64,000 nucleotides of DNA. Source: Lentimicrobiaceae bacterium (GTDB lineage Bacteria; Bacteroidota; Bacteroidia; Bacteroidales; UBA4417). A model generated the notes under the pieces. The model was given only the letters and a program-made list of their open reading frames with translations, did not search any database and had not been told where the DNA came from. Location: assembly GCA_031550085.1 (NCBI GenBank), contig JAVBOY010000003.1, positions 4,006 to 68,005 on the forward strand. Reading direction: 5' to 3'. The translations under genes were made by a program, and so were the position numbers. Shown here piece after piece: positions 30,840 through 41,351 of this stretch. Each line of letters starts with the position of its first letter. The first letter of the stretch is position 1.

Positions 30840-31934
30840 ATGAAAAATAAAAATTCCGATCCCAATTTTAAATCGGCATTAAAAGTAAACGATGGAATCG
30901 AACAGCCCCCCTCCATCAATTCCGATGCGGCAGAACGCTTTAAAAAAGTAAAACGGGAAACGCTTTCGGTCGACGACTATGTGAATGGAATCCGGACAGC
31001 AAACCGGACTATTCTAAGTAAAGCCATCACGTTGGTCGAGAGTTCTTTGCAAGAACACGAAGCCCTTGCCCAGGAGATCATTGTAAAATGCCTGCCGTTG
31101 GCAAAAAAATCGGTCCGGATTGGCATTACAGGCGTGCCGGGAGCAGGAAAAAGTACCTTTATCGAAGCCTTTGGAAAACACTTAACCGAAACCGGCCATA
31201 AAGTGGCTGTTTTGGCTATTGATCCCAGCAGCTCACGAACCAAAGGCAGTATTTTGGGCGACAAAACCCGTATGGAAAACTTATCGGTCGATGCCAACGC
31301 ATTTATCCGTCCCTCCCCTTCGTCGGGTTCTTTGGGGGGCGTTGCGCGCAAAACCCGTGAATCTATCATTTTGTGTGAAGCCGCCGGTTTCGATGTCATC
31401 ATTGTGGAAACGGTGGGCGTAGGACAAAGCGAAACACTGGTGCATTCCATGGTCGATTTTTTCCTTTTGATCATGCTTACCGGAGCCGGCGACGAATTGC
31501 AAGGCATCAAACGGGGAATTATGGAAATGGCCGATGGAATCGCCATCAACAAAGCGGACGGAGATAATATTCACCGCGCCAGCCTGACAAAAGCCGAATT
31601 AAAAAATGCGCTCCATTACTTCCCATTGGCCGAATCCAAGTGGGAAACCCAGGTAAATACCTGCTCCGCCTTAACGCACAGCGGAATCGCTGATGTATGG
31701 CAAATGGTGCTGGATTATGTCGATTTTACTAAAAAGAATCAGTATTTCGAGCAGAGAAGACTCGAACAAAGTCGCCAGATTATGATTCAAACACTGGAAC
31801 AATCCATTTTGGATCGTTTTTACCAAGATAAAAGAATGAAAAAATTGCTCCAACAAACCGAAAAAAAATTGATGAATCAGGAGCTTAGTGCTTATCAGGC
31901 TGCAGAACAATTATTGAATGCCTATTTTGAATAG
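30840..31934 (+). CDS. meaB: Methylmalonyl-CoA mutase-associated GTPase MeaB/ArgK
   Basis: Contains the P-loop GITGVPGAGKST, DPSS...GGSILGD, and ETVGVGQSE. Confidence 0.88.
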   Translation: MKNKNSDPNFKSALKVNDGIEQPPSINSDAAERFKKVKRETLSVDDYVNGIRTANRTILSKAITLVESSLQEHEALAQEIIVKCLPLAKKSVRIGITGVPGAGKSTFIEAFGKHLTETGHKVAVLAIDPSSSRTKGSILGDKTRMENLSVDANAFIRPSPSSGSLGGVARKTRESIILCEAAGFDVIIVETVGVGQSETLVHSMVDFFLLIMLTGAGDELQGIKRGIMEMADGIAINKADGDNIHRASLTKAELKNALHYFPLAESKWETQVNTCSALTHSGIADVWQMVLDYVDFTKKNQYFEQRRLEQSRQIMIQTLEQSILDRFYQDKRMKKLLQQTEKKLMNQELSAYQAAEQLLNAYFE

Positions 31935-31994
31935 TGCAGCTTTTCCCCATTAGCATTGGAAATTTCGGTATCTAAAAACAAATCACACAAATCC

Positions 31995-32474
31995 ATGAAA
32001 AAAATAATGAAACAAATTGCCCTTGTCGCCCATGACAACTGCAAAAAGGACATGCAGGAATGGGTAGAATGGAATTGGGAAGCCTTGATTGATCATGAGT
32101 TAATTTGCACCGGAACGACCGGAACCTTGATTGAAAAGGCTTTGCAACAAAAACTCAATGAAGAAGGGGAAGTAACCAAGCGTGTCCGGTTACGACGGTT
32201 AAAATCGGGGCCATTCGGTGGCGACCAGCAATTGGGCGCTTTGATTGCTGACGGAAAAATCGATATCGTTTTCTTTTTTTGGGATCCCATGCAACCGCAT
32301 CCTCATGAAGTAGACGTAAAAGCATTGGAACGGATTGCGGTTTTATACAATATTCCCACGGCCTGCAACCGTTCTACGGCTGACTTCTTAATTTCATCCC
32401 CTTTGATGCAAATCGAATACGAACCGCAAATGCGCGATTACTCGGATTATTTTAACCGAAGTATCGAAATCTGA
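31995..32474 (+). CDS. mgsA: Methylglyoxal synthase
   Basis: Contains IALVAHDNCK and GTTG motifs and the GPFGGDQQLGA loop. The ATG at 31995 (or 32007) is preferred over the TTG at 31956. Confidence 0.85.
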   Translation: MKKIMKQIALVAHDNCKKDMQEWVEWNWEALIDHELICTGTTGTLIEKALQQKLNEEGEVTKRVRLRRLKSGPFGGDQQLGALIADGKIDIVFFFWDPMQPHPHEVDVKALERIAVLYNIPTACNRSTADFLISSPLMQIEYEPQMRDYSDYFNRSIEI

Positions 32475-32535
32475 TTTCTTTTTACCGACAGCCCTCTGAT
32501 TCCATAAAAATCAAAGGGTTTTTATAAAAAACTAC

Positions 32536-32554
32536 TTGCCGGACAGGCCGGCAA
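32536..32554. terminator. Hairpin terminator shared by convergent genes
   Basis: The stem pairs ttgccgg with ccggcaa. On the minus strand it is followed by GUAGUUUUUU. Confidence 0.6.
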
Positions 32555-32581
32555 ATAGTTTTCTAAACAGACTGGTCTCCG

Positions 32582-33214
32582 CTATTTTCGATAGCCAACC
32601 GTTTGGCCATAGACCACTTTTTGTTGGGGACGAAGTTTTAGCAGTTTTGCCACCGCATCGCGGTCGATCATGCCGCGTACCACGCAGCCCATGTCAAAGG
32701 CCGAGCAGAATAAGTATACATTTTCAGCAACAAAAGAAGCATCCGACCAAGAGTAAGTGTCCATCGACTCGGGATTTGCATTGGTCATTTTCGCCTGGTC
32801 CGAAACCAAAACCAAATTAACCGGGGCAATACCGACAAAATCCTGCATTCCCGTTGCTGCCCGGTGATCACCGGCAAGAACCGGATTTAAAAGTAGGGCA
32901 ACCGGATCATACAGAAAAACACCTTCTTTCAGGAAAACATAAATTTCGATGTCCTGCCAGTTCCGGGCGCTAGGCGCCGTACGTAATTTCGTTTCCTCCC
33001 GGTTGATTCCGCTTGCCGCCCAAAGTAAGTTTGATAAATCCTGAATGGATAAGGATTTTTCGGAAAGTTCCCGGACGGTTTCACGATCTTGCAAAGCTTG
33101 CATCAGGCTTTTCCCCTTTGAAAGTTCCGGTTTCAAAAGTTGGATCGGCTTTAAATTCTGGGCAGAAAGTCCGAAAGCGCTTAATAATACCATAATAAAA
33201 TAAAATCGTTTCAT
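32582..33214 (-). CDS. Secreted nitroreductase-family protein (SagB/ThcOx-like fold)
   Basis: The signal peptide is MKRFYFIMVLLSAFGLSAQ. Nitroreductase-type motifs are present (LSNLLWAASGINR, RTAPSARNWQ). Confidence 0.7.
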   Translation of the reverse strand: MKRFYFIMVLLSAFGLSAQNLKPIQLLKPELSKGKSLMQALQDRETVRELSEKSLSIQDLSNLLWAASGINREETKLRTAPSARNWQDIEIYVFLKEGVFLYDPVALLLNPVLAGDHRAATGMQDFVGIAPVNLVLVSDQAKMTNANPESMDTYSWSDASFVAENVYLFCSAFDMGCVVRGMIDRDAVAKLLKLRPQQKVVYGQTVGYRK

Positions 33215-33440
33215 AATAGTTCTTTTTTCAACAAAGCAAAAATAAGAAATTTGTGGGTGCAAATTTTGTTTTCAAAAAAAATGAAAAGACCTTCATCCGA
33301 TCCTTGTTTAGAGCGGATCCCTTTTTTGAAATGTATTAATTTTCTGTTAACAAATTAATTAGGTGTTTTAACATAAAATTGGAAAATTTCTTTTGAAAAA
33401 AAGGTGTACTTTTGGTTCTTGGTAGATTAGCGCTTTTCCC

Positions 33441-34424
33441 ATGAATGAATTATACCCGTTGAAGTTTCATCCTATTTTTAAGGACAAAATCTGGGGCGGA
33501 TCAAAATTGAAAACCCTGCTGGACATGGATTTTTCACCTTTGTCCAATTGCGGCGAGGCATGGTTGCTATCAACCTGTGGTCGTGAAATCAGCGAAGTTC
33601 AAAATGGATTTTTGAAGGGAAACAATTTGAAAGAGTTGCTTGAAATCTACATGGGCGACCTGGTCGGCGAAAAAGTGTTCGACCATTTCGGGGAAGAATT
33701 TCCGTTGTTGATTAAGTTGATTGACGCAACAGACTGGCTTTCTGTCCAGGTACATCCCGACGATGTCCTAGCCAAGCGCATACACCAAGGTTCCGGAAAA
33801 ACCGAAATGTGGTATGTCATGCATGCCGAGCCCGGATCGGAACTGATTTCTGGATTCAATCAAAAAATGACGCCCGAGCAATACCAACAACATTTGCAAA
33901 ATGGAACACTGACCGATATTTTGAATTTTGTAAATCCTCAACAGGGTGATGTTTACTACATTCCTGCCGGAAGAATCCATGCTATGGGGCCAGGACTGCT
34001 GATTGCCGAAATCCAGCAAACCAGCGATTTTACGTATCGTGTTTTCGACTGGAATCGCATGGGCACCGACGGAAAGCCTCGCGAATTGCACACAGAACTT
34101 GCTTTGCAAGCAATTGATTTCGAATATCATGAAACCATTGGAACGCCATATATTCTTCAACCGAATCAAACCGTACCGGTCGTTAAAAATACCTATTTCG
34201 ATACGGGAATATTACAATTTGGCACATCGGTTGTAAAAGATTATACAGCGCTGGATTCTTTTGTTATTTTATTCGGCGTACAAGGGAATTTTGAGTTGGA
34301 ACACAACAATCACAAGGAGTTGGTAAAAACAGGCGAAGTCATTTTGATTCCGGCAGAAACCGGGCAAATCCGGTTGCATCCCTTGTCAGGTGAAGCAAAG
34401 CTCCTTGAGATTTATGTGCCTTAA
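33441..34424 (+). CDS. manA: Class I mannose-6-phosphate isomerase
   Basis: The N-terminus is LYPLKFHPIFKDKIWGG. Cupin metal ligands are present (QVHPDD, EMWYV, IHAMGPG). Confidence 0.85.
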   Translation: MNELYPLKFHPIFKDKIWGGSKLKTLLDMDFSPLSNCGEAWLLSTCGREISEVQNGFLKGNNLKELLEIYMGDLVGEKVFDHFGEEFPLLIKLIDATDWLSVQVHPDDVLAKRIHQGSGKTEMWYVMHAEPGSELISGFNQKMTPEQYQQHLQNGTLTDILNFVNPQQGDVYYIPAGRIHAMGPGLLIAEIQQTSDFTYRVFDWNRMGTDGKPRELHTELALQAIDFEYHETIGTPYILQPNQTVPVVKNTYFDTGILQFGTSVVKDYTALDSFVILFGVQGNFELEHNNHKELVKTGEVILIPAETGQIRLHPLSGEAKLLEIYVP

Positions 34425-34530
34425 CAATATATTAAGGCCGGACATCAAACGCTAGATTTTAGTTGAATTTTATAAGCAAAATCGAGGAAATAAACCTCAT
34501 TCATAATAAACTAAATTTAACCCTATATCC

Positions 34531-35055
34531 ATGAAAAAAATCTTAATTTCTGCTTTCATCGTTTTTGCTGCGATGGTCACCGTTTCAGCACAAACCGAAG
34601 ATTTTAAAACCCTTTTCAAGCTCCCCACAGTAACCGTTTCAGATATGAACGGAAAGAAAATCAATGTAGCCGACCTTCAAAACGACGGCAAACCCATGAT
34701 TATCAGCTTTTGGGCAACCTGGTGCAAACCTTGTGTAAAAGAATTAAATGCAATCGCCGAATTGTATCCGGATTGGCAAAGCGAAACGGGCGTACGATTG
34801 ATTGCCGTTTCCGTAGACGATCAACGCAGTACCTCCCGTGTAAAACCGTTTGTCAGTGGAAAATCATGGGAATATCAAGTATTGCTCGACCCGACCGGCG
34901 AACTCAAACGCAGCATGGGCGTAAATGATGTGCCTCACGTATTTTTGGTCAATGGGAATGGAGAAGTTGTTTGGCAACATACCACCTACTCGGAAGGATC
35001 TGAATTGGAGCTTTATGAATTGGTAAAAAAGCTGGCTGCCGAAACAAAAAACTAA
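34531..35055 (+). CDS. TlpA-family periplasmic thiol-disulfide oxidoreductase
   Basis: Contains a signal peptide and a thioredoxin fold with the WCKPC active site. Confidence 0.85.
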   Translation: MKKILISAFIVFAAMVTVSAQTEDFKTLFKLPTVTVSDMNGKKINVADLQNDGKPMIISFWATWCKPCVKELNAIAELYPDWQSETGVRLIAVSVDDQRSTSRVKPFVSGKSWEYQVLLDPTGELKRSMGVNDVPHVFLVNGNGEVVWQHTTYSEGSELELYELVKKLAAETKN

Positions 35056-35065
35056 TTTATAATTG

Positions 35066-36787
35066 ATGTTTATTCCTTTTAAAAATATGTTTTTGAAATC
35101 AAAACACCTTGCTAAACTAGCGGTTCTCGGCTTTTTCTTTTTTGTTGCACCTTTTTGGGGCGTTTCGCAAAATGCCAACAACTTATTGGGCGGATATGTA
35201 TCGGGAAATTTCCAAATGGATGCCCAATTTTATACAACCGACTCGGCTATCAATGCTATTGCACCACCGGAAAAACTCCGGATGAATACCTGGGCGAACA
35301 TCAATTATTCGTTGAAAAATTTTAATGCCGGCTTGCGTTTCGAAAGTTATCTGAATCCGCTGAACGGATTTTCGCCCGACTATAAAGGCACCGGAATTCC
35401 TTACTGGTTTGTCGATTATCGTGCCGACCAGTTTCAAGTAACCGCCGGAAGTATTTATGATCAATTCGGAAACGGATTGATTTTCCGTACCTACGAGGAA
35501 CACAACCTGGGTGTTGACAATTCTTTGCGAGGTGTCCGGGTAAAATTTAACCCTTACCAAGGGGTTGAATTGAAAGGAATTTGGGGAACCCAACGCCATT
35601 ACTGGGAACAAAGCAAGGGGATTTTACGCGGCGCTGATTTAAACCTGGCCTTAAACGACATGGTTCCTTCGTGGGCTGATAACAAACTTCGTGTTGAGAT
35701 GGGTGGCAGTTTTATCAGCAAATACGAAGACAATGAAGAAATCCGCTACAACAACGGCGATTCGGTTTTGGTGCTTCCCCTCAATGTCTCCGCTTCGGCA
35801 GGGCGCTTGAGTTTGGGTTACGGCGATTTCAATTTGGCCGGTGAATATGCTTACAAAATCAACGACCCCAATGCAATGAACAACTACATTTACCGCCCGG
35901 GGCAAGCCTTGTTTTTGACCGGTTCTTATTCAAGGCAAGGACTGGGCGTAGTGGTACAAGCCAAACGTTTGGATAATATGTATTTTAAATCCGAACGCGA
36001 CGAAAATACGCAGGTAAATGGTTATCCGGCCTTGGATATCAACTTCCTGCCTGCGATCAACAAGCAACAAACGTATACGTTGGCGGCGATGTACCCTTAT
36101 GCTACTCAACCCAACGGGGAAATGGGTATTGAAGGAGAAGTCACCTACAAGATCAAAAAAGGAACCTGGCTTGGCGGGGCTTATGGGACTGATGTTTCCG
36201 TAAGTTTTTCTCAAATCAATAACATTGATACCGTGCGGGTAATTGATGCCGAAAACAACATCGGGTACGAATCCAATTTCTGGAGCGTGGGCGACGAATT
36301 GTATTTCCGGGATTTTAATTTGGAAATCGCCCATAAGTTTTCCAAGAATTTTAAAGGGACGTTTTCCTACATGTATCAAAAATACAACTTGTGGGCATTA
36401 AAAGGCCCCGAGTCAAAAGATGAGTTTGCCAACATCAACGTTTTTGTTGCTGACATGACGTACAAATTTTCGCCGACCCATTCGTTGCGCGGTGAGGTTC
36501 AAACCCTTTTCACCAAAGAGGATGAAGGAGATTGGGCGATGCTTTTGTTTGAATACAGCATTGCTCCCCAATGGTTTTTTACGGCTTCCGATTTGTACAA
36601 TTTTGGAAATGAAGACAAAGACCGGCGCTTTCATTATCCTTTGGTGGGTATTGCTTACAATAACAAGGCAAACCGGATTGCGTTGTCGTACGGCAAGCAG
36701 CGCGAAGGAATTGTTTGTGTAGGAGGTGTTTGCCGCGTCGTTCCTGCTTCAAACGGAGTCACGCTTTCAATTACAAGTAGTTTTTAA
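35066..36787 (+). CDS. Predicted outer-membrane beta-barrel protein, possibly DUF6029 family
   Basis: Contains a signal peptide (the start may instead be the ATG at 35087), alternating beta-strand pattern throughout, and a C-terminal F. A conserved-looking Cys pair (CVGGVCRVVPASNG) lies near the C-terminus. Confidence 0.6.
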   Translation: MFIPFKNMFLKSKHLAKLAVLGFFFFVAPFWGVSQNANNLLGGYVSGNFQMDAQFYTTDSAINAIAPPEKLRMNTWANINYSLKNFNAGLRFESYLNPLNGFSPDYKGTGIPYWFVDYRADQFQVTAGSIYDQFGNGLIFRTYEEHNLGVDNSLRGVRVKFNPYQGVELKGIWGTQRHYWEQSKGILRGADLNLALNDMVPSWADNKLRVEMGGSFISKYEDNEEIRYNNGDSVLVLPLNVSASAGRLSLGYGDFNLAGEYAYKINDPNAMNNYIYRPGQALFLTGSYSRQGLGVVVQAKRLDNMYFKSERDENTQVNGYPALDINFLPAINKQQTYTLAAMYPYATQPNGEMGIEGEVTYKIKKGTWLGGAYGTDVSVSFSQINNIDTVRVIDAENNIGYESNFWSVGDELYFRDFNLEIAHKFSKNFKGTFSYMYQKYNLWALKGPESKDEFANINVFVADMTYKFSPTHSLRGEVQTLFTKEDEGDWAMLLFEYSIAPQWFFTASDLYNFGNEDKDRRFHYPLVGIAYNNKANRIALSYGKQREGIVCVGGVCRVVPASNGVTLSITSSF

Positions 36788-36805
36788 CGGATAAAATTAA
36801 AATCG

Positions 36806-37696
36806 ATGAAACATAAAATCATTTATTTCCTGACTTTTGCAGTGGCCGTACTGTTTGTTTTTACAGCTTGCGACAAAATCGAGGATCCTTTTTCGTATCA
36901 ACCCAAACCCATTCCGACAGACGATAATGGGTTTCCCGAACTGCCCACTCTGGTAAAACAAAGCGTATTATTGGAAGATTATACCGCTCACAAATGTCCC
37001 AACTGTTACAAAGGTGCGGAAACAGCCCACACATTGATTGAGAAGTTCGGAAGTCAGTTGGTCGTGATTGGGGTACATTGCGGATCATTGGCGTCAACTT
37101 CCACAGAGCCATACACCTATGATTTTAAAACTCCGGAAGGTACAACCTGGTACAATTATTTTAAAATTCCGTCCCAACCGAGCGGCATCATTAACCGCCT
37201 GAATGGAGGAAAAACTTATGGAGTAACGGAATGGGAGGCAAATGTAGAAAGCGTTTTGCAACAAACGCCCGAAATCGGCTTGCAAGTATTGGCTGATTGG
37301 TTGACACAAAAAGATTCGCTTCAAATCAAAGTGAAAGTGCATTACCTGTCTACTTTAAAAAATCGCAATTTGAACCTTACGGTTTTGATCTCGGAAGACA
37401 GTATTGTAAAGCCCCAACTGGTAAGTATTCCCGGACAACCGTCCATTGATTCGCTGAATTACGTTCACAGCCATGTGATGCGGGCTGTTATAAACGGTAC
37501 CTGGGGTGGCGAAATTTTGGATAAAGATGCTTCTGTTCCTCAATCGGAGGCTTTTCTGATTCCGACACCTTTGTTTGGCGAAATTGGAAAGAACAAAGAT
37601 TTGGTCGCTAAAAACTGTCGTGTGGTTGCATTTGTATCCGACCGCGACACCAAAGAAATCCTTCAAGTTGTTCAGGAAAAAATTACCATCAAGTAA
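36806..37696 (+). CDS. Omp28-related lipoprotein with a thioredoxin-like CxxC motif
   Basis: The lipoprotein signal is FVFTAC. The motif LLEDYTAHKCPNCYKG resembles Omp28-related outer membrane proteins. Confidence 0.6.
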   Translation: MKHKIIYFLTFAVAVLFVFTACDKIEDPFSYQPKPIPTDDNGFPELPTLVKQSVLLEDYTAHKCPNCYKGAETAHTLIEKFGSQLVVIGVHCGSLASTSTEPYTYDFKTPEGTTWYNYFKIPSQPSGIINRLNGGKTYGVTEWEANVESVLQQTPEIGLQVLADWLTQKDSLQIKVKVHYLSTLKNRNLNLTVLISEDSIVKPQLVSIPGQPSIDSLNYVHSHVMRAVINGTWGGEILDKDASVPQSEAFLIPTPLFGEIGKNKDLVAKNCRVVAFVSDRDTKEILQVVQEKITIK

Positions 37697-37720
37697 TTTT
37701 CCTGCACCCGAATTGAATAA

Positions 37721-37757
37721 AAAAGATAGCCGCCTCATAATTGGGCGGCTATCTTTT
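37721..37757. terminator. Bidirectional rho-independent terminator
   Basis: The arms are aaaagatagccgcc and ggcggctatctttt, with A and T runs on either side. It lies between convergent genes. Confidence 0.85.
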
Positions 37758-37774
37758 TCACATAGAATGTTTAA

Positions 37775-38854
37775 TTAGTTCCGGTTTAAACAGTTGAGAT
37801 CTTCAAAAGCAACCTTCAAACGTTCAATCATGGATTTTTGTCCTTCGTTCAACCATTTACGCGGATCGTAATATTTTTTGTTGGGCTTATCTTCGCCTTC
37901 GGGGTTACCGATTTGCCCCTGCAAATAGCCTTCGCTTTTCTTGTAAAAGTCCAAAATGCCTTTCCAGGTAGCCCATTGCGTGTCGGTATCAATATTCATT
38001 TTAACCACACCATAACTGATGGCCTCGCGGATTTCTTCGCGGCTGGATCCTGATCCGCCATGGAAAACAAAGTTCACCGGATGATCAGCTGTTTTGTATT
38101 TATTTTGGATGTATTCCTGTGAATTTTTCAGAATAACGGGTTGCAATTTTACATTGCCCGGCTTGTAAACACCATGCACATTGCCGAATGACGCGGCAAT
38201 CGTAAAGCGGTCACTGACTTTCAAAAGTTCTTCATAGGCATAGGCTACATCTTCGGGTTGCGAATAAAGCCGTGAACTTTCCACACCGCTGTTATCCACG
38301 CCGTCTTCCTCGCCGCCGGTCACACCCAACTCAAGTTCCAATGTCATGCCGATTTTGCTCATCCGCTCCAAGTAGCGTTTGCAAATTTCAACGTTTTCTT
38401 TCAAAGGTTCTTCCGACAAGTCCAGCATGTGCGAGCTAAATAATGGTTTGCCGAATTCGGTAAAATGTCTTTCACCGGCTACTAAAAGTCCGTCGATCCA
38501 GGGAAGAAGTTTTTTTGCCGCATGATCGGTGTGCATAATTACCGGAACACCGTATTGGGCAGCCATGCGATTTACATGCCATGCGCCTGAAATAGCGCCT
38601 GAAATAGCGGCTTTTTCGCCTTCGTTGCTTAAAAATTTTCCGGCATAAAAATGCGCACCGCCATTTGAAAACTGGATGATCACCGGCGAGTTAACTTCTT
38701 TAGCTGCCTGTAAAACCGCGTTTACGGAATCCGTTCCTACCACATTCACAGCAGGAATGGCAAATTGCAACCGTTTTGCGATGGCAAAAACCGTTTGCGT
38801 ATCATTTCCCGTAATTACTCCGGGTTCTACTACTTGAAGGACTTTGTCAACCAT
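37775..38854 (-). CDS. fbaA: Class II fructose-bisphosphate aldolase
   Basis: 359 aa. Class IIa motifs are present (HTDH, FGNVHGVYKPGNVKL, FVFHGGSGS). Confidence 0.92.
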   Translation of the reverse strand: MVDKVLQVVEPGVITGNDTQTVFAIAKRLQFAIPAVNVVGTDSVNAVLQAAKEVNSPVIIQFSNGGAHFYAGKFLSNEGEKAAISGAISGAWHVNRMAAQYGVPVIMHTDHAAKKLLPWIDGLLVAGERHFTEFGKPLFSSHMLDLSEEPLKENVEICKRYLERMSKIGMTLELELGVTGGEEDGVDNSGVESSRLYSQPEDVAYAYEELLKVSDRFTIAASFGNVHGVYKPGNVKLQPVILKNSQEYIQNKYKTADHPVNFVFHGGSGSSREEIREAISYGVVKMNIDTDTQWATWKGILDFYKKSEGYLQGQIGNPEGEDKPNKKYYDPRKWLNEGQKSMIERLKVAFEDLNCLNRN

Positions 38855-38949
38855 AATTTTTTGTTTTTAAAAGATGAATAAAATAAACGGGATACAACCA
38901 TATTTTTTCAAAAAAGGTTTTTCAAAAAATTATAACAACGAAAAACGCT

Positions 38950-41208
38950 TTATAGATTTTTTTTCATAAAATTCAATGCACTTCCGGCTTTGAACCATTC
39001 TATCTGGGTTTCGTTGTACGAATGCGTTACCGGAAATTGTTCCGAAGTTCCATCGCTATGGTGCAACACGATTTGCAACGGCTTTCCGGCCTTAAACTCC
39101 GTTAATCCTAAAATATCCAACTTATCGTCTTCTCTTATTTTTTCATAATCGGCAGGATCGGCAAAGGTCAATGCCAGCATGCCCTGCTTTTTCAAATTCG
39201 TTTCGTGAATGCGCGCAAACGATTTTACCAACACGGCTTTTACATTCAAATGGCGCGGTTCCATCGCCGCATGTTCCCGCGAAGAACCTTCTCCATAATT
39301 TTCATCTCCCACCACAACCGAGCCGATTTGAGCGGCTTTGTAAGCACGGGCTGTTCCGGGCACAGTGTCGTATTCGCCCGATAATTGATTCTTTACCAGG
39401 TTGGTTTTCTCATTAAATGCATTTACCGCCCCAATCAACATGTTATCGGAAATGTTGTCCAAATGCCCGCGGAAACGCAACCATGATCCGGCCATTGAAA
39501 TGTGGTCGGTGGTACATTTACCCTTGACTTTAATCAGCAGCGGAAGGTTTGTAAAATCTTTGCGATCCCATTCGGAAAAGGGTTGCAACAGTTGCAAACG
39601 GTCGCTGGTAGGTGAAACTTTCACTTCAACCTGCGAATTAGTCGTGGGGGCAACATAGCCTTCGATTTCTTTCAAAAAGCCTCCGGCAGGGAGTTCTTCG
39701 CCAACCGGCGGATCTAATTTTACTTTTTTGCCTTCTCCGTTTACCAAATAATCGGTCAATGGATTAAACGTCAGGTCACCGGCAATGGCAAAAGCAGTTA
39801 CCATTTCAGGCGAAGCCACAAAGCTGTGGGTATTCGGATTTCCGTCGTTGCGGTTGGCAAAATTGCGGTTGAACGAGGTTAAAATCGAATTTTTCTTGCT
39901 CGGGTCATCGGTATGGCGTTTCCATTGTCCAATGCAAGGACCGCAAGCATTGGCCATCACCGTTCCGCCGATTTCTTCGAAAAGGCTTAAAATTCCGTCG
40001 CGTTCAGCCAATACGCGGATTTGTTCGGAGCCCGGTGTGACAATAAATTCCGAGATGGCGCTCAAGTGTTTTTGTTTGGCCTGTTTGGCAATGGACGCAG
40101 CCCGTGTAAGGTCTTCATAAGAAGAATTGGTACACGAACCGATCAAGCCTACTTCTAATTTCAACGGATAATGTTTGTGTTTTACCCGTTTTACAAACTC
40201 GGAAACCGGAAAAGCGACATCCGGCGAATACGGCCCATTGATATAAGGTTCCAATTCCGAAAGATTGATATCAATCACGGTGTCGTAATACGCTTTGGGA
40301 TGAGCAAACACATCGGTATCCGCACGCAAATGACCGGCAATTTGATCGGCCATGTCGGCTACTTCCGCACGGTTTGTTGCACGTAAATAACGGCTCATGG
40401 ATTCGTCATACCCGAAAATGGAAGTTGTCGCCCCGATTTCAGCGCCCATGTTGCAAATGGTTCCTTTGCCCGTAGCAGAAATCGTTGCAGCTCCTTCGCC
40501 GAAATATTCAACAATGTAGCCGGTTCCGCCGTCAACGGAAAGAATACCGGCAAGTTTTAAAATAACATCTTTCGCAGAGGTCCAGCCGTTCATTTTTCCT
40601 TTCAGGCGAACGCCGATTATTTTCGGCATTTTCAATTCCCATGGCATTCCAGCCATGACATCCATGGCGTCGGCACCGCCCACTCCAATGGCAATCATTC
40701 CCAAACCGCCGGCATTTACCGTATGCGAGTCGGTACCGATCATCATTCCACCCGGAAATGCATAGTTTTCAAGTACCACTTGGTGGATAATTCCGGCTCC
40801 CGGTTTCCAAAAGCCGATGCCGTATTTTTCGGAAACAGATTCCAAAAAATCATAGACTTCCTTATTTTGTTCGAGGGCAATACCCAAATCTTGGCGTGCG
40901 CCTTGATAAGCTTGGATCAGATGATCACAATGAACGGTTGTGGGAACGGCAACGGTTTTTCGCCCGGCCGTCATGAATTGTAACAAAGCCATTTGCGCCG
41001 TAGCATCTTGCATGGCGACCCGGTCGGGATTAAAATTGGCGTAACATTTTCCCCGGTGAAAGGGTTCTTGGGGGAGCTTTTCAAAAAGGTGGGAATAGAG
41101 TATTTTTTCGGTTAATGTCAAAGGACGTTTTAAAAAAGCCCGAATGGTTTCGATACGTGACGGAAGGCCTTCATAGACCTTCCTTATAAGCTCAAAGTCA
41201 AATAACAT
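38950..41208 (-). CDS. Aconitate hydratase (about 750-aa mitochondrial-type)
   Basis: Fe-S ligand and active-site motifs are present ([34 protein letters not shown]). Confidence 0.92.
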   Translation of the reverse strand: MLFDFELIRKVYEGLPSRIETIRAFLKRPLTLTEKILYSHLFEKLPQEPFHRGKCYANFNPDRVAMQDATAQMALLQFMTAGRKTVAVPTTVHCDHLIQAYQGARQDLGIALEQNKEVYDFLESVSEKYGIGFWKPGAGIIHQVVLENYAFPGGMMIGTDSHTVNAGGLGMIAIGVGGADAMDVMAGMPWELKMPKIIGVRLKGKMNGWTSAKDVILKLAGILSVDGGTGYIVEYFGEGAATISATGKGTICNMGAEIGATTSIFGYDESMSRYLRATNRAEVADMADQIAGHLRADTDVFAHPKAYYDTVIDINLSELEPYINGPYSPDVAFPVSEFVKRVKHKHYPLKLEVGLIGSCTNSSYEDLTRAASIAKQAKQKHLSAISEFIVTPGSEQIRVLAERDGILSLFEEIGGTVMANACGPCIGQWKRHTDDPSKKNSILTSFNRNFANRNDGNPNTHSFVASPEMVTAFAIAGDLTFNPLTDYLVNGEGKKVKLDPPVGEELPAGGFLKEIEGYVAPTTNSQVEVKVSPTSDRLQLLQPFSEWDRKDFTNLPLLIKVKGKCTTDHISMAGSWLRFRGHLDNISDNMLIGAVNAFNEKTNLVKNQLSGEYDTVPGTARAYKAAQIGSVVVGDENYGEGSSREHAAMEPRHLNVKAVLVKSFARIHETNLKKQGMLALTFADPADYEKIREDDKLDILGLTEFKAGKPLQIVLHHSDGTSEQFPVTHSYNETQIEWFKAGSALNFMKKNL

Positions 41209-41241
41209 GATTGAAAATTTCTTAGATATTTTTATTTTCTA

Positions 41242-41249
41242 CAAAGCTA
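41242..41249 (-). promoter_or_regulatory. Bacteroidota -7 promoter box (TAGCTTTG on the minus strand) upstream of aconitase
   Basis: Exact TAnnTTTG match ending 33 nt before the ATG at 41208. Confidence 0.45.
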
Positions 41250-41351
41250 AGTTAATTTTTCAGTTTTGTTCAACCCGTTGTCAATTTTTTTATTTTTCAA
41301 AAATTTCTTTTCCAAATATTTAACAAACGGAGGCTTTTTTTGATTCAGGAA

